From: a virus
Lineage: Duplodnaviria > Caudoviricetes
Direction: 5' to 3' (one strand)
DNA length: 64,000 bases
Virus record (IMG/VR): IMGVR_UViG_3300036783_000204
Coordinates: 1-64,000 of that record
The notes under the pieces were generated by a model. It had not been told where the DNA came from and ran no database searches. It saw only the letters and a list, made by a program, of their open reading frames with translations. The position numbers and the translations under genes were made by a program. Within the stretch, counting starts at the first letter, position 1. The number at the start of each line of letters is the position of its first letter. Shown one piece after another: positions 1 through 7,742 of this stretch.

Positions 1-699
1 GACGGTGGAGGCGGCGAGGATCGCATCGCCGAGGGTGACTCCGTAGAACTCCATCGCGGCGGTGACACGAGCCAGGAAGGAGGTGTCCACGGCCAGGGCT
101 GCGGCGGAGGCGAGGTTGTTCACCGCGACGGGGGTGTTCATCGCCGTGACGATGGACGGCGCGTCCAGGGCGGAGTCGTAGATGCGGAGGTCGTCGTGCA
201 GGGAGCTGCCGCTCCAGCCGAACAGCGTCGGCGGGTCGGTGTCGGTGCGCAGCGGGCCGGACAGCGCGGCCTGGTCGGCGACAACACCATCCACGTAGAG
301 CTTGACGGTGACCCCGTCGTAGGTGCCCGCTACGTGGTGCCAGGTCGTGGTGTCCCAAGCGACTGAGGGCTGTACGTAGTCGGTGCTGTTGCGCGCCTGG
401 ATGGCAATGTTCGATCCGATGTGGAGGATGCCCCAAGCGCCGGATGTGACGGCTGAGGCATACCACTGGATCGGCCACCCGTCAGGCATGGTGCCCTTGA
501 TCCACATCATGACGGTGCGGTTGTCGGTGACACCGATGCTGGGCATCGGGACCGCCGTGGTCCCGTTCGGGGTCAACCCGCCGTTCGTGTGGCCGAGACC
601 CCGGGTGGCGTCGGCGGTGATGGCGAAGGAGTTGCCGTGGCCGGAGTAGTCGATGACCGTGGTGCCACTCTCGTCGAACGAGTAGGCGGCCAGGAGCAC
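1..699 (-). CDS. LamG/concanavalin A-like jellyroll domain protein (runs off left edge)
   Basis: GTG at 699 overlaps upstream TAG; manual translation LLAAYSFDESGTTVIDYSGHGN...WHHVAGTYDGVTVKLYVDG...DDLRIYDSAL fits LamG. Confidence 0.85.
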   Translation of the reverse strand, partial: MLLAAYSFDESGTTVIDYSGHGNSFAITADATRGLGHTNGGLTPNGTTAVPMPSIGVTDNRTVMMWIKGTMPDGWPIQWYASAVTSGAWGILHIGSNIAIQARNSTDYVQPSVAWDTTTWHHVAGTYDGVTVKLYVDGVVADQAALSGPLRTDTDPPTLFGWSGSSLHDDLRIYDSALDAPSIVTAMNTPVAVNNLASAAALAVDTSFLARVTAAMEFYGVTLGDAILAASTV

Positions 700-944
700 T
701 ACTTGTCCTTACCGGGGTCGGCGACCGTCTGCTTCGGGTTCACCGCGGTCCGCCCCTGCGGCACAGCCTGCTTCGGAGCCTCCGACTCCTCCTTCTCCTT
801 CTCCTGCTCGATCCCCAGGGCAGCGAGCTGGCGATCGACGGCGGCAATGATGTCGGTCTGTCCATAGGCGACGGCGTTGGCGCGGGTGGCGCGCAGCTGC
901 GCCACCTGGGGCTCCAGGGCTTCGGGCACGTCAGGCACGGTCAT
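699..944 (-). CDS. Small hypothetical head-region protein
   Basis: ATGA overlap with upstream gene; MTVPDVPEALE... Confidence 0.7.
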   Translation of the reverse strand: MTVPDVPEALEPQVAQLRATRANAVAYGQTDIIAAVDRQLAALGIEQEKEKEESEAPKQAVPQGRTAVNPKQTVADPGKDK

Positions 945-1471
945 GTCAGTCCTTCGATCGGGTAGTGAAGATGCACGGGGAGTACGTCCCAGGCGACCGG
1001 CACCTCTTCGGCGATGTTTCGGTAGTGCCACATGGAGATTTCGACATCTCCGGCGTGCGCGGAATAGCAGTCGGCGAAGTACCTCCGCATCACCGTGCGC
1101 GGCAGGTAGGTCATTCCGAGCCCGAAGAGATTGCATGTGGGGTCGCCGGAATGCACCGGCTGGGCGCTGCCCGGCGCCGGAGTGTTCCCGCCTGCGCCGG
1201 ACCATTTCCGGTGCGCCCAGACAGGTTCCGCGCCGCCGTAGAGCAGATAGGGAGCCACGCGGACGACCTCTGGTTCAGCCCGGCAAAGGCCGATGAACCT
1301 CACCAGGTCCGCCTGGCCCACGGCCATGTCCCATTCGATGATCAGGACGTCATCCTTGATCGCGGCAAGGGGCCGGTAGTTCGCGGAGTGGATGGTGAGG
1401 CGCTCCAGGGAATCCACGACGTGAGCCCGACCGGGAGGTACCTGATCGGGCCACGAGCGAAGAATCCTCAT
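941..1471 (-). CDS. Hypothetical protein, possible minimal GT-A glycosyltransferase-like
   Basis: LIIEWDM (DxD-like) and GDVEISMW motifs; weak. Confidence 0.45.
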   Translation of the reverse strand: MRILRSWPDQVPPGRAHVVDSLERLTIHSANYRPLAAIKDDVLIIEWDMAVGQADLVRFIGLCRAEPEVVRVAPYLLYGGAEPVWAHRKWSGAGGNTPAPGSAQPVHSGDPTCNLFGLGMTYLPRTVMRRYFADCYSAHAGDVEISMWHYRNIAEEVPVAWDVLPVHLHYPIEGLT

Positions 1472-1475
1472 GGGG

Positions 1476-2045
1476 TCAGGAGTTGATCGCTTCGACTTCG
1501 AACTGGTGGCAGGTGATGCTGTTGCCAGCCAGGGAGAAGGTCCCCTGAAGGTCCAGAATGTTCGTCACCGTGGAGTCGAATCCGGTACCGACAGCCGGGG
1601 CGGACGCGGGGCACAGCATCGGCAGGGCAGAGCCAGCGGCCGCGCCGACGACAGACTCCGACGTCCAGGTTCCGATGCCCATGAAGTTGCTGGAGGTGCC
1701 GGAGCCGAACGCGCGCAACGTCAACGTCACGCTCAGGTCCCACGACACGTTCGTCTTCGCTGTGGTGTTCAGCGAGATCGCGCCACTGGACCATGCGGCG
1801 ATGTTGCTCGTCGGACCGAGCGCCAGGGCGAGGGTCAGGGTGCCGGGCGTGGTGACGATGTTGCTGACGCGTCCAGTAGCCCGCACCCGCAGCATCTGTC
1901 CGGCGCGGGAGAAGAAGTTCGGATTGATGGTCAGGCGCGCGGCGGCAGGGAGCAGGCTCGTCGCGGTGGTGGCGGCGCTGGCGGCGCCATCGACCGCAGC
2001 TGCGACCAGAGTCGAATCCCAGTCGGCCGCACTGATTCCGGGCAT
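1476..2045 (-). CDS. Ala/Thr/Gly-rich putative virion protein
   Basis: Beta-rich composition, position after capsid, high GC3. Confidence 0.6.
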   Translation of the reverse strand: MPGISAADWDSTLVAAAVDGAASAATTATSLLPAAARLTINPNFFSRAGQMLRVRATGRVSNIVTTPGTLTLALALGPTSNIAAWSSGAISLNTTAKTNVSWDLSVTLTLRAFGSGTSSNFMGIGTWTSESVVGAAAGSALPMLCPASAPAVGTGFDSTVTNILDLQGTFSLAGNSITCHQFEVEAINS

Positions 2046-2647
2046 CAGGCAAACTCACTTTCGGTAGAAGGAAATGCCGGGGGAACCCGGTCGAGGTAGT
2101 CGGCGGCCCGAAGGAGAAGTTTCTCGCTTTCCTGGAAATTCCCCAGCCCGCGGTTGCACACGTCACAGAGGATTCCGCGGACTGCGCCCGTCTCGTGACA
2201 ATGGTCGACGTGCCACGGCCGACCATTGTTCACGCATTCGCAGATCGCGCAGCGGTGATCCTGCTCGGCAAGCAGCCACTCGAAATCAGCGGGCGTCATC
2301 CCGTACTTCCTCATCAGCCAGTTTTCACGAGCACAGGGATTGCAGTAGCTGGGGCTCATGCGGTCAGTTACTTCGCGATCCGCCCCGCATCGAGCACAGG
2401 CATGAAGGCGCCGCTCCTCCGCCTTCGCCTGCCAGCACGGGATGCAGTAGCTCGGGTGGCGACCTGTGCGCACGTCGTGGCAGCGCGAGCAGAACTCCTG
2501 CGGCTTCTTGGCGGAGCCAGTCCGGTCTTTGCGACGCCGCCCTGATTCCCGCACGCGGGCTCGGTGGCAACTCTTGCAGGTATACAGCTGAGACCAATCC
2601 TCGCGGGGACCGCCACAGACACTACAGAAGGGTTTTCCCTGAACCAT
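2045..2647 (-). CDS. Endonuclease VII-family free-standing homing endonuclease
   Basis: KYGMT...QDHRCAIC...VDHCHETGAVRGILCDVCNRGLG; N-terminal CxxC repeats. Confidence 0.9.
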   Translation of the reverse strand: MVQGKPFCSVCGGPREDWSQLYTCKSCHRARVRESGRRRKDRTGSAKKPQEFCSRCHDVRTGRHPSYCIPCWQAKAEERRLHACARCGADREVTDRMSPSYCNPCARENWLMRKYGMTPADFEWLLAEQDHRCAICECVNNGRPWHVDHCHETGAVRGILCDVCNRGLGNFQESEKLLLRAADYLDRVPPAFPSTESEFA

Positions 2648-2668
2648 TTGTCGTCCTATTTTATGTTG

Positions 2669-2711
2669 GAGAGATGGGCAGGCTAAGTGTGTGTGCGCCT
2701 GCCCATCTCTC
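2669..2711. terminator. Perfect 15-bp hairpin between capsid and endonuclease genes
   Basis: gagagatgggcaggc / gcctgcccatctctc. Confidence 0.6.
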
Positions 2712-2717
2712 TATTGA

Positions 2718-4136
2718 TTAGCTACCCGTAAAGGTCGGGGTAACGAGTCCGGCACCGGCCAACTTCTGCTGACCGTTCGGGTACCGGCCAAAAGTGTAGG
2801 CAAAGTAACCGTAAAGAACGAGCAAAACCCCCAGGCTGGCGGCAGCTGGCTGCTCAGCCCGGATGAACACCGGGGCGTCGGCGTCTTCCCAGAGGTGGCA
2901 TTCGTCGCTGGCGACGACGAACATTTCGTCCTGGTTGGTGCCGGTTCCGGCGGCGGTGGTGATGTTGTTGTCCACGACGGCGACCATGCCGTTGGGGAGT
3001 ACACCGCGGACACCACGGGAGTAGCTGGTGGCGGTGTTGTCACCGATGTTGTACGAAGACAGGCTCGGCTGGTGGATCGCGGGCCAGGTGTTCGTCATGA
3101 GGTTGCTCAACCAATACCAGCGGCGGCTGTGCATCACGACATAGTTCGGAGTGGCCTGCGCCAGCAGGGCCGCTTCCGACGCGGCCGCAGCGGCAAGGAT
3201 CTGCGGGTACACACCGGTCAGCGACTGGGTGGTGACGGTCGCCGCGGTGCCCGCGGAAGCCGACAGACCGGTGGTCGCCTGGTTGATCAAGGTCGAGTCC
3301 AAGTTCGTGGCGTAGCGCTTGAAGAGGTCGGAAACGGTGACCTCTTCGATGCCGGTGCCACGGTCGATCGCCTGGCGGGACAGGGTCTGCTGACCGGCGG
3401 CGGTCTGGACGTTCAGGGTCAGCAGGGTGTCGGCCATGTTCGTTTCGGACACGGCGGAGTTCTGGCTGGACTGGCCCGCCACGCTGGAGGCGGTGGTGAT
3501 CCGGCTGATGTTGACCGTCATGCCGGACTCGGGAAGGTCGTGTCCGACGCAGATGTCCGCGAAGGGACGGTTCGCCGCGACGGCCGGGGCGTAGAGGTCC
3601 GTGAGGTACTGCGGAACAGTCAAGCCGACGAACGCCGAGGTGCCGACGGCGCGTTCCAGGTACTGGCCGCGTTCGACCTTCTCTTCCTGCATGTGCCGGG
3701 ACAGCCGGTGTTCGGCTTCCAGGTCCCGGTAGAAGTACTGCCGGGCCACGTCTCGCAGGAACATGGACCCCTTGCGGTCCTTTTCCTTGCTGTAGGTGCG
3801 TTCCTCAGACCCGACGCGGGCGACGCGGTCATAGGAGGGGGCGGACGCGACGCCCTTCTGGCGCTGCTCGGCGTACTTCTCGGTTTCCAGCTCTTCAGCG
3901 CGGGCGCGGCGGGCGGCCTCCAGCTTGGACTCGATCCCCTTGACTTCGCCCTTGAGCCGGTCGCGGGTTTCGAAGAGGGCCTGGACGCGGCCCTCTTCCT
4001 CCTGGGTCAGCGCGCCTCGGCCTTCCTTGCGGGCAGCTTCGAGGATGTACTTGACTTCGGCCACGCTCTTGTCGCGGGCCTTGATGGTCTGCTCCAGTTC
4101 GACTTCGATGCTGTTGATCAGCTCGTCGACGATCAC
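2718..4136 (-). CDS. Major capsid protein (HK97 fold, N-terminal coiled-coil delta domain)
   Basis: 472 aa after protease; helical N-terminus; TVPQYLTDLY...NRPFAD; GYFAYTFGRYP. Confidence 0.9.
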   Translation of the reverse strand: MIVDELINSIEVELEQTIKARDKSVAEVKYILEAARKEGRGALTQEEEGRVQALFETRDRLKGEVKGIESKLEAARRARAEELETEKYAEQRQKGVASAPSYDRVARVGSEERTYSKEKDRKGSMFLRDVARQYFYRDLEAEHRLSRHMQEEKVERGQYLERAVGTSAFVGLTVPQYLTDLYAPAVAANRPFADICVGHDLPESGMTVNISRITTASSVAGQSSQNSAVSETNMADTLLTLNVQTAAGQQTLSRQAIDRGTGIEEVTVSDLFKRYATNLDSTLINQATTGLSASAGTAATVTTQSLTGVYPQILAAAAASEAALLAQATPNYVVMHSRRWYWLSNLMTNTWPAIHQPSLSSYNIGDNTATSYSRGVRGVLPNGMVAVVDNNITTAAGTGTNQDEMFVVASDECHLWEDADAPVFIRAEQPAAASLGVLLVLYGYFAYTFGRYPNGQQKLAGAGLVTPTFTGS

Positions 4137-4184
4137 GACAGACCTCCCTTCAAAGGGTAGTTGCGGAATGTGGAGATCCGTCAG

Positions 4185-4258
4185 CTACCGCTCTGAGTGG
4201 CGGCATGAGATGGATGTGTTTCTTCGCTCTGAGTGGCGTCCTCGGTCTGAGTGCCGAG
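4185..4258 (-). repeat. Three CACTCAGA-loop hairpin repeats in capsid leader
   Basis: cgctctgagtggcg at 4189 and 4225; cggtctgagtgccg at 4243. Confidence 0.85.
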
Positions 4259-4296
4259 CTTTTCTCTTTGGAGAGTTCCCGATCTGGTCGGGATGT

Positions 4297-5340
4297 CTAG
4301 ATTTCCAGCAGGGCTTCGATGAGGCGCAGATCCCGCCCTGTCGCGGCCTTCTCGGCGCTGCCGTTGAAGTCGGCCATGTGCGCGTCCAGGTGCGCCTTGA
4401 CACCGGCGGCGTCACCGCTGGGGATGTCCGCCGAGGACAGTCGGGCCAGGGCGTTGCGGACGCCGGGGATGTTCGCCGCGCCGACCTTCCCGTCGGAGGA
4501 GACTTCGTGGTGCGGGAACTTGTAGGAGCCCTTCTGCTTCGGGTCGCCGGACCCGTCGACCCAGGCGTAGCAGGCCTTGAAGGCGGTGGTGTCGCCGTCG
4601 TTGAGGTTCTTCTCGGCTGCGCCACCGTCCCACGGGGTGTCCACTGTGGCGGTGTGGTGGACGGCGATCGGGCCGCGTTCGACGGTCATCACTTCGGCGA
4701 GGCGCTGGGCGGCGGCGCGCTGCGCACCGGCGGGCAGCCGGTCCAGCGCGGCGAGGATTTCCTGGGATCGCGCCGCAATGCTGGTGTAGGGGTTCGCGCC
4801 GTAGTTGACGGCGGAAACGTCTCCTCGGTCGAGGTTGACGCTGTTGATGCGGAATTCGGTGTATTCGTCGTTCCATTCCCCGTCGTCGATCATGAACGCG
4901 AACGACATTTCGGTGATGTCGCCGTCGCGGATGGCGGCGACGAGGTCACGCACGTCCTGGCGTTCGGGGTTCAGGTAGGCGACGGAGCGCAGCCCCATCG
5001 GGTCGGACGACAATTCCAGGGTCCCGTTGGTCGTCCGCGCCATCGTGACACCCTTGTGGTTGCACAGGAACGCCACGTCTGGGTTGGTCGACAGGGTCTG
5101 CTCGAACGCGCTGCGGGAGATGACCTCCCGGTACTCCCCGAACAGGTCCCACATCTCGTAGGCGCGTTCCACCATGGACGCATAGCCTTCGAGCCGAACT
5201 TTCTCCTGGCCGTTGCGCGTCACCGTGGAGGCGCGCAGTTCCGATGCGAAGCCCTGGAGGCGACCCCCTCCATTGGGGACGGTCGGGGCCGCGGCGGCGC
5301 GCGCCTGCGCAACCTTCATATCCATGGTGGTCTCCTTCAT
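4297..5340 (-). CDS. HK97-family prohead protease with extra C-terminal domain
   Basis: LEGYAS...FLCNHKG...EMSFAF...GDVSAVNYGANPYT. Confidence 0.92.
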   Translation of the reverse strand: MKETTMDMKVAQARAAAAPTVPNGGGRLQGFASELRASTVTRNGQEKVRLEGYASMVERAYEMWDLFGEYREVISRSAFEQTLSTNPDVAFLCNHKGVTMARTTNGTLELSSDPMGLRSVAYLNPERQDVRDLVAAIRDGDITEMSFAFMIDDGEWNDEYTEFRINSVNLDRGDVSAVNYGANPYTSIAARSQEILAALDRLPAGAQRAAAQRLAEVMTVERGPIAVHHTATVDTPWDGGAAEKNLNDGDTTAFKACYAWVDGSGDPKQKGSYKFPHHEVSSDGKVGAANIPGVRNALARLSSADIPSGDAAGVKAHLDAHMADFNGSAEKAATGRDLRLIEALLEI

Positions 5341-6533
5341 CAGAGCGCGCCTTCGGTGGTGGGGGCTGGGGGCGGTTGCTGGAGTCCGGCACCGGCCTCA
5401 ACGCTGCGCGGCGGCGGGAAGAACGTCAGCAGTTCCCCGATTTGGTCCTGGGTAAGGGGTTTCCGGTTGTCGAGTTCCCGCGCTTCGTTCATGGTGACGG
5501 TGCGGGATTCGATCTGGAGCTTGACGAGCTGTGCCTTCGTCAAGGGGTCCATGCGCAGCAGGGCGTCGGTGTTGAGCTTCACGTAGAGGGGTTTCGGGAG
5601 GAACTTGGAGAGGCTCTTCTCGCGGCGGATCACGGCCGGGCCGAGGTGCATCACGAGGAATTGCAGGTTTCGCTGGGTCACGTTGGCGTAGGTGATGTGA
5701 CCGCTGGAGAGGGGGCTGTCGATGAGGTCGCCCGGGACGTCGAAGAACCGCGCGATTTCCCCGATGGACAGTTTCTTCGCTTCGATCCACTCGGTACCGG
5801 TTTGCTGCGCCTGGATCATCTTGTATTCCCAGTCGGCGCCGGAGACGAAGATGTCCCCGCTGGAGACGGTGGACTTGAAGCGGTCCTTGATGGTGGTGGC
5901 CTGGTCGTCGGTGAGGGTGGCCAATCGGGTGTTGCGCAGGGCCGCCTTGGGGACTCCACCTGACCCGAACCAGCCCATGGCGAAGTCCTGGATGGACAGG
6001 TACTCCCCGATGACCCAGGCTGCGTAGGCGACCGGGGAGAGCCCCAGCGGGAAGCCTGCGACGGTGAATTGCCGCTCGTGCCAGATGTCCTCAGGGGCGT
6101 AGCGCTTCCCGGCGATCCGGTATTCGAGGATGCGCCCACCCTTGCCCCGGACACTCACTTCGGACAGGGGCACCAGTTCCACACGCGAGGGGAGGTCACC
6201 GACATGCCACCGTTCGGTGATGACCCCGAAGACGTTTCCGGCGCGGTCCAGGTCGAATTGGGTGGAGTACAGCCACTCCTCGATGCTCATGTCATCCCCA
6301 CCTGGGGACACCACTGTGGACTGTTCGACCTGGATACCGAGGACCCGCCGGTACACGTCCACTGGCATGGTGCTGATCAGGTTCGCGCGCAGCCGAAGGC
6401 ACGCCCAGACCGCGGAGTGCCGCAGCGCGGTGTCGTTCGTGACCACGGCCGTGCCCAGCGTTGAGGCTGGCGGGCGGCGGGGGATGTACTCGGAGGTGGG
6501 CAGGTTCGGCACGGAGCGGCGGAAGAGACCCAC
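5340..6533 (-). CDS. Portal protein (HK97 family)
   Basis: SAVWACLRLRANLISTMP; GLSPVAYA; EIARFFDVP; LNTDALLRMD. Confidence 0.93.
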   Translation of the reverse strand: MGLFRRSVPNLPTSEYIPRRPPASTLGTAVVTNDTALRHSAVWACLRLRANLISTMPVDVYRRVLGIQVEQSTVVSPGGDDMSIEEWLYSTQFDLDRAGNVFGVITERWHVGDLPSRVELVPLSEVSVRGKGGRILEYRIAGKRYAPEDIWHERQFTVAGFPLGLSPVAYAAWVIGEYLSIQDFAMGWFGSGGVPKAALRNTRLATLTDDQATTIKDRFKSTVSSGDIFVSGADWEYKMIQAQQTGTEWIEAKKLSIGEIARFFDVPGDLIDSPLSSGHITYANVTQRNLQFLVMHLGPAVIRREKSLSKFLPKPLYVKLNTDALLRMDPLTKAQLVKLQIESRTVTMNEARELDNRKPLTQDQIGELLTFFPPPRSVEAGAGLQQPPPAPTTEGAL

Positions 6534-6534
6534 G

Positions 6535-6720
6535 TCAGTCTCCGTCCGTGTTTGCCTTGTCGGTCAGCCAGGAAGACAGCAGGGACCCCGCAATGAGCAC
6601 CAGGCCGCCGACGGCCAGCGCGGGAAACCATCCGATGACGAGGGCGGCGGCGCCGGTCGCTCCGGCGGCGATCAGGATCAGCCCGAGGACGTCGAGGATG
6701 GTGGTGGCGATGTCCCTCAC
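6535..6720 (-). CDS. Small two-TM membrane protein
   Basis: GTGA overlap; VRDIATTILDVLGLILIAAG... Confidence 0.75.
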   Translation of the reverse strand: MRDIATTILDVLGLILIAAGATGAAALVIGWFPALAVGGLVLIAGSLLSSWLTDKANTDGD

Positions 6721-6923
6721 GGCATCAGTTCCTTGATGCGCATCAGGAGCGCGGTGTCGTCCTGCGTGAACTCCCACGGTTCGGTTCCGTTTCCGAGGAG
6801 CCAGAACGACCCGTCCTCTTCGTCGTAACCCAGTGCGTATCCACGGGGGTGGAACACGGTGCGATTGATGAGCCAGAGAAGTCCGTCGGCGCGGAGGTCG
6901 ACCTGGACATGCTTCAGCGTCAT
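6717..6923 (-). CDS. Hypothetical protein
   Basis: RBS ggagagg, ATG; GLLWLINRTVFHPRGYAL. Confidence 0.75.
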   Translation of the reverse strand: MTLKHVQVDLRADGLLWLINRTVFHPRGYALGYDEEDGSFWLLGNGTEPWEFTQDDTALLMRIKELMP

Positions 6924-7009
6924 ACGTTTCCTCTCCTCTGCTTACCCGCCGGTGGACAGTGGAGAGTTTTCGCAGGTCAACGCGTAATACGCGGGAAGCT
7001 GGGGGTTTC

Positions 7010-7429
7010 TTAAAAGTCGATGCGGCCGGAAGTCTTCGCAGGTGGCGAATCGTCGAAGTCCGGGCATCCTTCGGGCAGCCTTTGCCAGCCATTGAACGAC
7101 TGCCAGCCTCCAGCGAAGCGCCATAGCTCCGGGCGATCGGAGAGCCAGCCCATGGGGTTCGGCAGGTCGCGGATGTGCGCTAGAAGCGCGCCTTCGTACC
7201 GGAACCACTCACCCATCAGCCGATAGCCTGCGAACTGTTCGTGCAGATGACGTTCGTGAGCCACGCCGCCGGTCTCCAGCGCGAGAACAAGGGGAATCTG
7301 CCGACTCGTAGCCTCCGCGGCGAGCGCATTGAGCCGTTGCCGCAGGTTCGCCGTGTATCCGATCTTCAGGCGCTGCCCGAGTCGGGTCGCATCTAGCAGG
7401 TAATAGACCAGGCCCTCGGTGTCCCTCAA
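7010..7429 (-). CDS. GIY-YIG (T5orf172-like) nuclease domain protein
   Basis: VYYL...LKIGYT...RL...ERHLHEQF...GEWF. Confidence 0.8.
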   Translation of the reverse strand: MRDTEGLVYYLLDATRLGQRLKIGYTANLRQRLNALAAEATSRQIPLVLALETGGVAHERHLHEQFAGYRLMGEWFRYEGALLAHIRDLPNPMGWLSDRPELWRFAGGWQSFNGWQRLPEGCPDFDDSPPAKTSGRIDF

Positions 7430-7514
7430 TGCCGAACTCTCTCTTGTGGATCGGTTTTGGCTGGTCAGACCCGGCTACACCCATGCACGTGTAGCCCGGT
7501 ATACGGTTAGGGAT

Positions 7515-7742
7515 ATGACCGATATCCCGCGGACGCTGGACGACCTCCGCGCCATTCGCAATGTCGAGGAACGGGCACTTGCCGCCAGCGTGTACATCGC
7601 GGCTGGCGAGGAGAAGATCCGGCAGGCGAGGCTTCAGCGGGACGACGACATTCGCGCCCTGGTGAAGCTGCACGGCATCGCGGAGACCGCACGTCGAGTG
7701 CACCTGTCGGTGTCCTCGGTGAAGATGGCTCGCGGTCGCTAG
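7515..7742 (+). CDS. Small HTH-like protein
   Basis: HGIAETARRVHLSVSSVK; divergent from GIY-YIG gene. Confidence 0.6.
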   Translation: MTDIPRTLDDLRAIRNVEERALAASVYIAAGEEKIRQARLQRDDDIRALVKLHGIAETARRVHLSVSSVKMARGR

